NCBI GenBank assembly: GCA_963669175.1
Contig: OY769902.1
Coordinates: 1,568,001 to 1,632,000, forward strand
Origin: a bacterium
GTDB taxonomy: Bacteria; Electryoneota; Electryoneia; Electryoneales; Electryoneaceae
Direction: 5' to 3'
Length of the DNA stretch: 64,000 nucleotides
The notes beneath the pieces are model-generated. The model did no database searches. It saw nothing but the letters and a program-made list of their open reading frames with translations, and was not told the origin of the DNA. A program made the position numbers and the translations under genes. Below, piece by piece: positions 40,546 to 50,475 of the stretch (position 1 is its first letter; the number at the start of each line of letters is the position of its first letter).

Positions 40546-42573
40546 ATGTGGAATTCACAACGCACCATCAGAATCACGCTTCTCATTGCTGGCCTGATGT
40601 TACTTGTGGTCAGGATGGGATTCGCCTGTCCACGTCCTTTCCATTTTGCGGACAATCCGGAATTGACAGCCCATCTCAAGCAATATGCCCGCAAAGCAGC
40701 GCAATTTCAGAATAACGAACTGGATGCCGATACAACTCATTCTTATGATGCCCTGGTCATGGATATTACCCTGATGCCCGATCTGGATGCACGAACCTGC
40801 GCAACAGTGGTAGTGACAAGAGCCCGGTTGCTGGAGGATGTGGATACGATCCCGGTTAATCTGGTTGAGTGCACGGTTCATTCTGTCGAAATCAATGATG
40901 ACGATGTGACATACACCTATGAGGATGGAATTATCAGTGTAGCTATTCCGGAATACATCGTTGTCACCGATACTTTTGAAATGTTAATAGACTATACCAG
41001 CCTGATCCGGAATGATGTTTATTTCGGGGGGATTGTATATAGTCCGGAAACGGATAACCTGTTCACTTTCGGGGAGCCATTTGAAACGCGATACTGGCTG
41101 GCCTGTTATGACTATCCCTGTGACAAACTGGATACCACTCGTGTCACGACTATCATGGATGAAGAGTATTACGTGGTTTCCAATGGCGCCTTCCAGGAAC
41201 GCATAGATCTGGATGATGGTACGTTCGGCACGGTGTGGGAAAACACTTATCCGATAGCAACTTACCTCATCAGTATTTCAGCCCATCCTTACGTGCATGT
41301 TGAAAACGGGACGTATGGCGAGAACGATACCCCGGTGAATTTCTGGTTGTTCAGTGAAGATCAGGATATAACCGAATACGAGTTTGGCCGAACCGGTGAG
41401 ATGATCGAACTGCTTGAAGACCTGCTGCAAACTCCCTATCCATTTTCCAAGTATGATCAGGCCATGTCTTCAATCTTTGCCGGTTGGGGGGCGATGGAAC
41501 ACCAGTCGGCGACCACATACGGTTACCGTCTGGCCCAGTATGGCAACCGTAGGTTTGAGGATATTGTCATCCATGAACTGGGGCATCAGTGGTTCGGAGA
41601 TTATGTGTCACCGTTGACCTTCGCCAACATGTGGTTGAACGAGGGCTGGGCGTCCTACACAGAAGCGCTCTGGCATGAATACCTCGACGATGGACAAATG
41701 GCCAGTGTACTGACTGCTTTTCGAACTGCTTATTTCTCAGAAGATTCACAATTCCGCTATGCCATGTATGACCCGCCTATCGATTATATCTTCGGGAATG
41801 TGGTCTATGATAAAGCTGCCCTGGTGCTACATATGCTGCGGAATGTGATCGGTGATGACGCGTTTTGGGAAGGAACACGGACCTACCTGCAGGAATACGC
41901 CTACGGAAACGTGGTAACCGACGAGCTGAAAGAACACATGGAAGCGGCCAGCGGTGAAGATCTCGACTGGTATTTTGACCAATGGGTCTATTCTGCCGGA
42001 CACCCGGAATTCATGGTGGGCAACCTCCAGACTGAAAGCGAAGGGAACGGTACTTTCTCAGCCAGTATTGACGTCGAGCAGTTGCAGACCAATGCGCCCC
42101 TGTTCCGGATGCCGGTCGAAGTACGTTTCCGTCTCGGCGCTACAGATACCCTGGTGACGATAGATGTGCTGGCTGAAGCGGAACAGACTGTGATCACTAC
42201 CGGGCTGGAATTTGAACCGACCACATTTTATTTCGATCCCTACCAGGCTGTTGTCTGCGAGGTTCATTACAACGGAGTGTATGAGGACGGTTGCGAAGCG
42301 TTACCCACGGCATTCACCCTGTCGGAACCCTGGCCGAACCCGTTTAATAACAGTGTGAAGATGGAACTGGGCATTCTCACCCATGACCATGTCCGGGTTA
42401 CGGTGTATGATATGCTGGGGCGTGAAGTGGAGCGTCTGGTCGATCATGAGATGTACCGTGGCACACGCACCCTGGTCTGGATGCCGGATGATCATGTGGC
42501 CAGCGGGAGCTACCTCGTCGTGGCGGAAACAGGTGAAGCGCGCATCTCACGCAGGTTGACGCTGTTGAAATAG
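40546..42573 (+). CDS. M1 family aminopeptidase with T9SS-like CTD
   Basis: GAMEH, HELGHQWFG..WLNEG, YDKA; WPNPFN. Confidence 0.92.
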   Translation: MWNSQRTIRITLLIAGLMLLVVRMGFACPRPFHFADNPELTAHLKQYARKAAQFQNNELDADTTHSYDALVMDITLMPDLDARTCATVVVTRARLLEDVDTIPVNLVECTVHSVEINDDDVTYTYEDGIISVAIPEYIVVTDTFEMLIDYTSLIRNDVYFGGIVYSPETDNLFTFGEPFETRYWLACYDYPCDKLDTTRVTTIMDEEYYVVSNGAFQERIDLDDGTFGTVWENTYPIATYLISISAHPYVHVENGTYGENDTPVNFWLFSEDQDITEYEFGRTGEMIELLEDLLQTPYPFSKYDQAMSSIFAGWGAMEHQSATTYGYRLAQYGNRRFEDIVIHELGHQWFGDYVSPLTFANMWLNEGWASYTEALWHEYLDDGQMASVLTAFRTAYFSEDSQFRYAMYDPPIDYIFGNVVYDKAALVLHMLRNVIGDDAFWEGTRTYLQEYAYGNVVTDELKEHMEAASGEDLDWYFDQWVYSAGHPEFMVGNLQTESEGNGTFSASIDVEQLQTNAPLFRMPVEVRFRLGATDTLVTIDVLAEAEQTVITTGLEFEPTTFYFDPYQAVVCEVHYNGVYEDGCEALPTAFTLSEPWPNPFNNSVKMELGILTHDHVRVTVYDMLGREVERLVDHEMYRGTRTLVWMPDDHVASGSYLVVAETGEARISRRLTLLK

Positions 42574-42588
42574 AGAAAATGTTCGGTG

Positions 42589-42870
42589 TTATAATAATCC
42601 ACAATCTTTCAATTGCTGATATACTTCCTTTCGGTCGCTGATCCGAAGAATCAGGATAAAAATTTCCTTTTTCATTACGACATAGGCAATTCGATAATCA
42701 CCGACACGAACTCGATAGGCGTCTTTAGTTCTCGATTTCAGCTTCTTCCCCGCTTTAAAGGGATCTTCAGCAATTTCATTGATTGCCTTCTCAACACGTA
42801 CCTTGGTCGCCTTGTCCAGTGCATCGAACTGCTTCTTCGCCACCCTGTGTATCATTATACGGAAAGCCAT
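42589..42870 (-). CDS. Type II toxin, RelE/ParE family
   Basis: KKL..YRVRVGDYRIAY..ISDRKEVY; directly downstream of the antitoxin. Confidence 0.9.
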   Translation of the reverse strand: MAFRIMIHRVAKKQFDALDKATKVRVEKAINEIAEDPFKAGKKLKSRTKDAYRVRVGDYRIAYVVMKKEIFILILRISDRKEVYQQLKDCGLL

Positions 42871-42887
42871 AGGGATCACCCCAACGC

Positions 42888-43139
42888 TTATCTATTGTTG
42901 TCTTTCCATGGAATGAGATCGCTGTCCTGAAGATTATCCATCATGGTGTCCACACTCTTCGCATCGATGCGGTCTTCGATTTCTTCCAACAGCTTCAAAT
43001 CCTCGATCGGGATAATCGCAGCAACCGCTTTATTGTGTTTGTTGACAGTAATACGCTCGCCTGTGTACTGCACCCTATTGACAATATCACCGATCTGGTT
43101 CCTCAAGGCTACCAGCCCGACTCCCTCTATCGTAGACAT
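42888..43139 (-). CDS. Type II antitoxin, Phd/YefM family
   Basis: LRNQIGDIVNRV...ERITVNKHNKAVAAII; RBS ggagg. Confidence 0.88.
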   Translation of the reverse strand: MSTIEGVGLVALRNQIGDIVNRVQYTGERITVNKHNKAVAAIIPIEDLKLLEEIEDRIDAKSVDTMMDNLQDSDLIPWKDNNR

Positions 43140-43164
43140 ACTACCTCCTGCGCGGTTAGAAATC

Positions 43165-43218
43165 TGTACATAATATAAAATATGTATAGAATGTACACAA
43201 TTATAACTATGTACTCAT
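43165..43218 (-). promoter_or_regulatory. Putative TA operator: 9-bp periodic TGTACA-like boxes
   Basis: tgtacataa|tataaaata|tgtatagaa|tgtacacaa|ttataacta|tgtactcat upstream of the antitoxin start. Confidence 0.55.
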
Positions 43219-43380
43219 AGAGCAGAGATACTTGAACGGGTGCCCCGATCCGCGCGTGATGCGACTTCCACAATCGCTTCAGCAGAAATACTCTCACTTC
43301 ATTTGGGATACAAGTCAACTCTTTAAAGCGCATCGGGACAAGGTTGTGTGTGTATTTGGAAAGAGCTCGAAATTCAGCAC

Positions 43381-43680
43381 AGTCCCGACGCACTCATAGT
43401 TGCGTCATGGATCGAAACAGCATCACAGTACCCATCTTGATACTGGAGCGCCAAATTCCTCACGTGTGAGTCGGGCCACCCAGGCTCTTTCAAACCCCCA
43501 CTACAAACTTATAGGACCATCCGTCTGCATGAGTCGGGATAATGTTTTGTGCTGTTGTCAAGAACGTGAAAGTTGTCATAGTCCCGACTCACTCATGTTG
43601 CGTCATGGATCGAAACCGCATCACAGTATCCATCTTGAGACAAAAGCGTCAAATTCCTCACGCGTGAGTCGGGCCACCCA
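43381..43680. repeat. Two ~100-bp direct repeats ending in GAGTCGGGCCACCC (REP-like)
   Basis: agtcccgac..ttgcgtcatggatcgaaac..aaattcctcacg.gtgagtcgggccaccc at 43381-43480 and 43580-43680. Confidence 0.8.
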
Positions 43681-43763
43681 TCAAATGTTGACTTTTTCAA
43701 AGAAAAACCACCACTTCCAGCGCAGGAAATCGTGGTTCCAATGACTTCTATCATGAACAACTA

Positions 43764-44438
43764 CTACTGATGGCTTTGTGTCTGCACTTTTGGCTTGATC
43801 CAGGTCAGGAAAGCGTCCGCGCTACGGGTTTGCATCCAGATCCGGCCGGGCCCGTAATAATCACACACCAGCCCTTCACCGCTGAGCAGGGTGGATTTCA
43901 GGCCACCGACCTGGCGCACGTTAAACCGAACACTGGCGTCGAACGCGACAATATGTCCTGTATCGACGACATACTGCTCACCTTCACGAAGTTCGATCTC
44001 GTGAATCGCGCCGAAGCTGGACAGGAACAGGGTGCCGGCGCCGCTCATCTTCAGCAGGAACAGTCCTTCACGGGAGAAGAAGGTCTTCGCGCCGGTGAAT
44101 TTCGTGTCTACGTCAATCGATGATTCACTTGCCAGGAACGCGCCGGACTGGGCGTACATCTCGCCGTTAAGATGCATGGCGTTGATATCGCCGGGAAGAG
44201 GCGGCGCAAAGGTGATTTCGCCGGGTGTCTGGGCGGTAAAGGTGTTGGTGAAAAAGGATTCGCCACCTAGCACACTCTTCTTCAGAGCGCCGAACAGACC
44301 ACCCTTCAGGCCGGTTTCGATGCTGATCCCCGGTGAATGGCTGACCATCGCTCCCGCTTCGGCGATCATGCTTTCGCCCGGGTTCAGATTCACCTTGGCC
44401 AGGGAATAGGATGGACGGTAAAGAATATCGTACTGCAT
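43764..44438 (-). CDS. TIGR00266 / AIM24 family protein
   Basis: AEAGAMVS, GGESFF.N.F, VDTGHIVAF, SGEGLV..GPG..QTR. Confidence 0.9.
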   Translation of the reverse strand: MQYDILYRPSYSLAKVNLNPGESMIAEAGAMVSHSPGISIETGLKGGLFGALKKSVLGGESFFTNTFTAQTPGEITFAPPLPGDINAMHLNGEMYAQSGAFLASESSIDVDTKFTGAKTFFSREGLFLLKMSGAGTLFLSSFGAIHEIELREGEQYVVDTGHIVAFDASVRFNVRQVGGLKSTLLSGEGLVCDYYGPGRIWMQTRSADAFLTWIKPKVQTQSHQ

Positions 44439-44495
44439 TTTGGCTCCTGTTTTTATGTCGTGTTCGAATGTTTGCTGCAAATTGAAGGAACAGAA

Positions 44496-44779
44496 CCGTC
44501 AGGTCACACGCATGAAAACATATGCGCAAGACCTGACGGAACCAGTGGGTCACACGCATGGAAAAGATATGCGCAAGACCTGACGGAACCAGTGGGTCAC
44601 ACGCATGGAAACATATGCGCAAGACCTGACGGAACCAGTGGGTCACACGCATGGAAAGCGTATGCGCAAGACCTGACGGAACCAGTGGGTCACACGCATG
44701 GAAAGCGTATGCGCAAGACCTGACGGAACCAGTGGGTCACACGCATGGAAAGCGTATGCGCAAGACCTGACGGAACTGG
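44496..44779. repeat. Tandem array of six 46-47 bp hairpin units related to family B
   Basis: Unit ggtcacacgcatggaaagcgtatgcgcaagacctgacggaaccagtg starts at 44502, 44548, 44595, 44641, 44688 and 44735. Confidence 0.92.
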
Positions 44780-44831
44780 TTGTGTCGGAATATACACCAC
44801 GAATCAGGGTGTGATCAGACACTCGAATATC

Positions 44832-45575
44832 TTATGAATCGGAACCGTTTTGCTTCTCGGCTTCCACAATGGCCGGATGTTCCTTGCGGGCTTCCTGTCG
44901 TTTGTCCGAATGGATCTGGCCGTCCAGCAGACGCACCACTCGTTTCGAATAGGCGGCAATATCCTCTTCATGGGTGACGAGAACGATGGTGTTTTCGCCC
45001 TCATGCAGTTCGGCGAACAAGTCCATGATTTCGTAACTGGTCCGGCTGTCCAGGTTACCGGTCGGTTCGTCGGCCAGCAGGATATCCGGGTTGTTTACCA
45101 GCGCACGTGCAATCGCGACACGTTGGCGCTGGCCACCGGACAACTCGTTCGGCTTGTGCTTCATTCGTTCCGCCAGGCCAACTTTGCCCAATGCTGCCGC
45201 TGTACGGTCACGTCGCTCAGCGCGTGGCATGCCTGAATAGATCAACGGCAGCTCGACATTATGGAAAGCGTCGGCGCGAGGCAGCAGGTTGAAGGTCTGG
45301 AAAACAAACCCGATCCTGCGGTTACGGATATCGGCCAACTGGTTGTCCTGCATGGTGTCAACACGTTCTCCAGCCAGCTTGTACACTCCGTCGGACGGGG
45401 TGTCCAGGCAGCCGATGATGTTCATGAGGGTTGATTTGCCCGAGCCGGACGGTCCCATGATGGCGACATACTCACTCTGGTCAATCGCCAGGTTAACCCC
45501 GTTGAGGGCGCGAACCTCGATCTCACCGATCTGATAGATCTTGTATAGTTGTTCCAAATCTATGAGGGGTGCCAT
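44832..45575 (-). CDS. ABC transporter ATP-binding protein (MacB/LolD/YknY-like)
   Basis: [31 protein letters not shown]. Confidence 0.95.
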   Translation of the reverse strand: MAPLIDLEQLYKIYQIGEIEVRALNGVNLAIDQSEYVAIMGPSGSGKSTLMNIIGCLDTPSDGVYKLAGERVDTMQDNQLADIRNRRIGFVFQTFNLLPRADAFHNVELPLIYSGMPRAERRDRTAAALGKVGLAERMKHKPNELSGGQRQRVAIARALVNNPDILLADEPTGNLDSRTSYEIMDLFAELHEGENTIVLVTHEEDIAAYSKRVVRLLDGQIHSDKRQEARKEHPAIVEAEKQNGSDS

Positions 45576-45645
45576 CTTTACTCCGTTTCACACTCTTCCT
45601 GGTTGAACTCAATATAACCAGAATTTCTTATGCAGTTGACCTGGA

Positions 45646-46977
45646 TTATTCAGATGCCTGCTCGGTGACTTCCTGCTTATTTGGCTTGTCAGTCTTTGGC
45701 TTCTTATAGGTAATACGCTGGCCGCTGCTGAGTTCACGTGACAAGGTACGATAGGGGCCGGTGACAACCGTATCGCCCGGTTCCAGTCCGCTCAGGATTT
45801 CAAACATGGTGTCGGAATAGATGCCCAGCTTGACCGGACGCACCCATGCGGAATCATTGTTTACCACGTATACAACTTCCACCAGCTTCTCTTCGTCACG
45901 GCTGCTGCTGGATTCGCTGTCGTCGTCCTTCTTGTCACCGCCCTTGTTTCCCGTACCTTTACGAGCCATGTCTTCCTTGTTCTTCTCTTTCTCGAGGGAA
46001 CGGACAACCACGGCTTCCTGCGGAATGACGACTGTCTCATCACGGCTTTCGGTGGCGATTTCAACCGTCGCGCTCATGCCGGGACGCAAGCTGGGAACAT
46101 GGTCCAGTACAGCGATCTTCACTTCGAAGTTGGTGACTTCTTCGGCTGTTCCGGCGCTGCGGACAATGCCGGAATGTGCGATCTCTGTTACGATACCATC
46201 AAATGCCGTATCGGGAAGTGCGAACACCTCGATACTCACCTGGTCGCCGATTTCTATCAGCACAACGTCGTTTTCGTTGACTTCCGCATTGACTTCCATG
46301 CGGTCCAACTGGGACACAACCATGATGATGTCTTCGGTGAATGTGGCGCCGATAGCCATTTCACCCACTTCCTTGTTCAGGGAGGAGACAACACCACCAA
46401 TGGGCGCATAAATCTGTGTCTTATCCAGGTCGTCCTGGGCCTGGTTGACATTGGCGCGGGCGCGATCCACTTCGGCTTCCGCCTTCTTGACAGTCGCCTG
46501 CATGGCTTCCAGCTCGGCGTCAGAGGCCAGCTTGGAGGCATGAAGCTCAGTGACACGTTTTAATTGGCTCTGGGCTTCTTCCAGTCCGGCTTCGGCGCTG
46601 GCCAGCATGAATTTGTACTGGTCAAGCATGGCAACATACTGCTCATCTTCAATACGAACCAGCAGTTTACCACGTTCTACCGATTCCCCTTCCTTAGCGC
46701 CAAGGTAGAGAATACGACCGGAAACATTTGCGGAAATGTTTACGTCAACTTCAGGCTGGATTTTTCCCGATGCGGTCACAGTCTGCACCAGGCTGTCCAG
46801 CTCGACAATTTCCACATCCACATTGGTGCCCTTGGGTTTGCGTTTTTGCAGCACATTGGCGACAACCAACGCTGCAATCACAACAACTACACCCAGGATG
46901 ATCCATACTTTTTTTCGGCTCTTTTTCTTCTTGGAAAGGACCATAGTAGAGCCACTGCCGTTCTGTTCAGTGGTCAC
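45646..46977 (-). CDS. Efflux RND/MacA-type periplasmic adaptor subunit
   Basis: N-terminal TM, VTASGKIQP, lipoyl halves, IYAPIGG, LRPGMSA. Confidence 0.92.
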   Translation of the reverse strand: MTTEQNGSGSTMVLSKKKKSRKKVWIILGVVVVIAALVVANVLQKRKPKGTNVDVEIVELDSLVQTVTASGKIQPEVDVNISANVSGRILYLGAKEGESVERGKLLVRIEDEQYVAMLDQYKFMLASAEAGLEEAQSQLKRVTELHASKLASDAELEAMQATVKKAEAEVDRARANVNQAQDDLDKTQIYAPIGGVVSSLNKEVGEMAIGATFTEDIIMVVSQLDRMEVNAEVNENDVVLIEIGDQVSIEVFALPDTAFDGIVTEIAHSGIVRSAGTAEEVTNFEVKIAVLDHVPSLRPGMSATVEIATESRDETVVIPQEAVVVRSLEKEKNKEDMARKGTGNKGGDKKDDDSESSSSRDEEKLVEVVYVVNNDSAWVRPVKLGIYSDTMFEILSGLEPGDTVVTGPYRTLSRELSSGQRITYKKPKTDKPNKQEVTEQASE

Positions 46978-48365
46978 GGTTGAACCTCCTCAAGCGAAAC
47001 TCCCAGTGTATTCTCGAGTTCCGCCTTGGTCGTCTGGAATGTTACAACTTTCTGGATATAATCAGTTTCGGCCTGGATGAAGGTCACCTGGCTGCTTCGC
47101 AGGTTGAGCTGCGACGAAGCGCCAAGACGGTAGCGTTCCTGCTCAAGTTCCAGTTGCCGACGTGCCAGTTCACGGTTTCTCTCAAGGACATCAATCTGGT
47201 CACCCAACCGTTCCAGGGTACGCCATTTGGCACGGATGTCCGAAGCGATCTGCAAATGTCTGCTGCGTTCGTTCCACTCTGCGTTGCGACGATTCACCAC
47301 AGCCTGCTGACGGTAAATTTCACGCTGGAAACGGTCGAACAGGTTCCAGCTCAGGTTTACCGACATGTTCATGTAGGTGTCGTTCGGAACCAGTATCCAC
47401 TTGTTGTACGCTTCACCGCTTTCACTACGGGAATATCCGCCATTCAGAGTGACGGTCGGAAAATAGCCGGATGTCTGCATCTTGACATCCTGCTTATAAA
47501 TGCTCACTGTGTTGGCCAGGATTTTATATTCCGGATTGCTGCGTTCCGCATACCGAATCAGCACATCGGGATCTAATGCCGGTAGAGTCGGGGCCAGATT
47601 CTCGTCAATCGGGAAACGGCTGGAAAGGTCAATACCCATGGCAACATTCAGAATCTCACGGGTGTTTTCCAGGTTCTGGTCGGCAAACAGCAAGTCATTT
47701 TTTGCGTTGCCCAGGTCAATCTCTGCCTGCATCACATCCAGCTCAATTACTTCGCCGGTTTCGTGACGTGTCCTTGCATAACGCAGGGTTTCCTCGCGCA
47801 AGTCAACGACTTCCTTCGCCAACTCAAGGTTTTCCTGTGCCGACAGCACGTTGTATACCTGGAGTTTGACATTATAGATGAGCGCATTGCGTGCCTGGGC
47901 TACACTCAAATTGCCGTTTTCCAGTTGCAGCTTGGCCTGTTTCAGGCCATACCAGCGTTGGAAGCCGGTGAAGATCTGCTCGGAAGCGCTCAACCCCACA
48001 TAAGAATCGCTACTCTTGGCAACCAGGGTGCTTGAAGGAATTGAAACACCATTCAAGTAGTAGACACCGCTCTCGCGCTCTGAGCGTGCATTGGAGTATT
48101 GCGCACTGGCGGAAAGGGAAGGAAGAAACGAGCCCCATGCTCCACGCATGGCGTAGTAGTTGAAATCACGTGATTCCAATGCGGTCTGGTAGTCGCCGGC
48201 GTTGTCCAGCGCGATATCCACCAACTCGTCAACTGACATCGGAGTTTCAGATATCACCAGTTGCAGATCGCCGACTACTTGAGCAAATGCAGGCACAACA
48301 CTACTACCGAACAGGATGACTACCGCCAGTCCCAATAGTGAAATCAGCTTGAAACATCGTAACAT
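46974..48365 (-). CDS. TolC family outer membrane protein
   Basis: Signal peptide and two OEP repeats (FLPSLS, YFPTVTL, RYRLG); stop overlaps the adaptor start. Confidence 0.9.
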   Translation of the reverse strand: MLRCFKLISLLGLAVVILFGSSVVPAFAQVVGDLQLVISETPMSVDELVDIALDNAGDYQTALESRDFNYYAMRGAWGSFLPSLSASAQYSNARSERESGVYYLNGVSIPSSTLVAKSSDSYVGLSASEQIFTGFQRWYGLKQAKLQLENGNLSVAQARNALIYNVKLQVYNVLSAQENLELAKEVVDLREETLRYARTRHETGEVIELDVMQAEIDLGNAKNDLLFADQNLENTREILNVAMGIDLSSRFPIDENLAPTLPALDPDVLIRYAERSNPEYKILANTVSIYKQDVKMQTSGYFPTVTLNGGYSRSESGEAYNKWILVPNDTYMNMSVNLSWNLFDRFQREIYRQQAVVNRRNAEWNERSRHLQIASDIRAKWRTLERLGDQIDVLERNRELARRQLELEQERYRLGASSQLNLRSSQVTFIQAETDYIQKVVTFQTTKAELENTLGVSLEEVQP

Positions 48366-48451
48366 GGCTGATCCTTCCTTTTCCCTCTGGATTTTACTGC
48401 TTACAAGACCGTCCTCTGGTCTTGCAGGTTACATCTCACCGAGCTTTTCTA

Positions 48452-49273
48452 TCAGAAAATAATTGCCGGCAGGGCAGAAAGTGCTCCAAAGACAATTCCG
48501 CTGCCAACATATAGTATCAGACTCCAGGTAATGCCTTTGCCCCTGGTAGAATTTGTCAGGACAGCCAGCCCTATACCAACGACAATAGCGGCCCAGATCG
48601 CAAACAGGTCAACCTGCTGCGAGATCATAAACGGGATCGATTTCATTGACGGCTCAAGGAACAGACCCAAACCGAACTGAGCGCCGAATATATCGTCTTT
48701 CATCATGATCATGGCGCCCTTGATCAAAGATCCCAGAGTAGTGATAAGCGATGAATAAATAGCCCAGGTCCAGTATTGTTTGAATGATGCTGAACCACCC
48801 ATAAAGACATTGCCGATCAGAAGCAGCAGGGCGGACGTGACAAGGAAGATGATAGGGGCGAAGATCAGAATGCCGACAATTGAAAAAACACGTTGCAGGC
48901 TCGCCGGCATTTTATTCATACCTTCGATCGCTTCCTGTGCCTGTTCCGCAGAAAGTTGTCCTTTGTCCTGCATTTTCATGATACGGTCTGCGCCGGCCTG
49001 CTTCTGCATTGCCTGCTGAGCGTCGAACATCATCATGTTACCGGCTATCATCAAGGCTATGACAATCAGCAAAGGAATCAGCCAACTTGCCTTCTTCTTG
49101 ATCCCGGCCGCTGTCTCTGCCGGGTTCATAAAGACACCCAACAGCATACTCATAAGCGAGGGAGAAGGTTCGTTGAGAACCTGCTCAGGTTCAACTTGTT
49201 CTTGTAAAGCCTGGGTTTCCGGCTGTTCCTGTTCTGGAACGGACTGGTTGGTTTCCGGATGGTTCTGATCCAT
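48452..49273 (-). CDS. YIP1 family membrane protein (YknW-like)
   Basis: F.NP..T motif, about five TM helices, DLFAIW; first gene of the efflux operon. Confidence 0.8.
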   Translation of the reverse strand: MDQNHPETNQSVPEQEQPETQALQEQVEPEQVLNEPSPSLMSMLLGVFMNPAETAAGIKKKASWLIPLLIVIALMIAGNMMMFDAQQAMQKQAGADRIMKMQDKGQLSAEQAQEAIEGMNKMPASLQRVFSIVGILIFAPIIFLVTSALLLLIGNVFMGGSASFKQYWTWAIYSSLITTLGSLIKGAMIMMKDDIFGAQFGLGLFLEPSMKSIPFMISQQVDLFAIWAAIVVGIGLAVLTNSTRGKGITWSLILYVGSGIVFGALSALPAIIF

Positions 49274-49813
49274 CGAAGTATCCTCCCCTTATGAGTGCGT
49301 CACAACAATGTTGCGGAACCGGGCTCACCCCGTAGCAAGCAAGCAACATGCCGATTTTGAATTCTGCTATCCAGTAGCAGCTAACTGATTAAAATACAGC
49401 AATTCTTGCGAAAATACACTAGCTGTCGCACTGTTGCTGCGTAGCAACACGCTACTCAACATGTTGGGAATTGTCAACAAATGGGAAGGCAGAATGTGAA
49501 ATAGTAGGGGTATCATTGTCTCATGCAGATATGGACTTTGAGCCACAGTCACCAAAGGTGCATTTACGGATTCGTCCCTATTGAATGGCGACAATTTATC
49601 TTAAAGAGGAGACAGTTAGCTGGCCTTTAAAGTTCTGATTAAAGTTATATAAGAATAATAATATAACTATGTGTACACTCTGGGATGTGTTCGCTAAAAC
49701 TGTGATTTCCTTAATATTATTATTACGAAGAACAATCTCGAGGACAAGCAATAGAAAACGAATTTTCAAATACCTATTCAACTTATCAATACCTCTTCAA
49801 TACAAAATAATTA

Positions 49814-49842
49814 TTGTCCCGCTCCTGCTTTTCTGCTATTCT
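49814..49842 (+). promoter_or_regulatory. Putative sigma70 promoter
   Basis: TTGTCC-N17-TATTCT with TG extension. Confidence 0.4.
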
Positions 49843-49901
49843 TGTACTCCATGTTTGATATTGTTATATTTATATTGGGGTTGGGAAAAAACGGGAGAAT
49901 C

Positions 49902-50474
49902 ATGCAGGAAAACATATGTTCGCAACCGCTGGATGTTTTTGGCTATCACGGAACATCGCAAGACCATGCAAGTGACATAATGGAGGCAAACGAGTTTAGA
50001 CCAAGTAGAAATGTGGATGACTGGTTGGGACACGGGATATACTTTTTTCAAGACGCACCTACGCGCGCTAGGGAATGGAGTGCGAAAAGAGATGATGAGC
50101 AAGTTGTTGTAATTAAAGCTCGAATTTCACTGGAAGATTGTCTCGATTTCCTTGACATCACTTGGGAACAGGAACTACATTCGCTCGTAAGACGTTTTAA
50201 CAAGCAGCTTGAGAAGGGCACTTACGCAGAAGAACGCAGAAAGCAGATAGCGGGGCGTGAGACTTTTCACCCTTTGGATTGCAGGTTCATGAACTGGCTT
50301 ATTGGAATACTGCTTGAGAGAATTGATGCACCATGTAAATCAATTCGGGCAGCGTTTCAGGAAGGAGATCCCATCTTCGAGGACGCAAAGATATTTGACA
50401 GATCTCATGTGCAAATTAATGTGTTAGATCAAAGTATTATTCGAGATTTGGCTGTTTGCGAGAAGGAGGTGTAA
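49902..50474 (+). CDS. Hypothetical protein with probable ADP-ribosyltransferase-like fold
   Basis: GYHGT, WLGHGIYFF, A..W, HVQINV; RBS ggag before ATG 49902. Confidence 0.65.
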   Translation: MQENICSQPLDVFGYHGTSQDHASDIMEANEFRPSRNVDDWLGHGIYFFQDAPTRAREWSAKRDDEQVVVIKARISLEDCLDFLDITWEQELHSLVRRFNKQLEKGTYAEERRKQIAGRETFHPLDCRFMNWLIGILLERIDAPCKSIRAAFQEGDPIFEDAKIFDRSHVQINVLDQSIIRDLAVCEKEV

Positions 50475-50475
50475 A

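Noticed and set aside
44496-44779. CRISPR array
   Set aside because: Units are tandem with only an 8-9 nt variable loop, there are no unique spacers, and no cas genes lie in the window.
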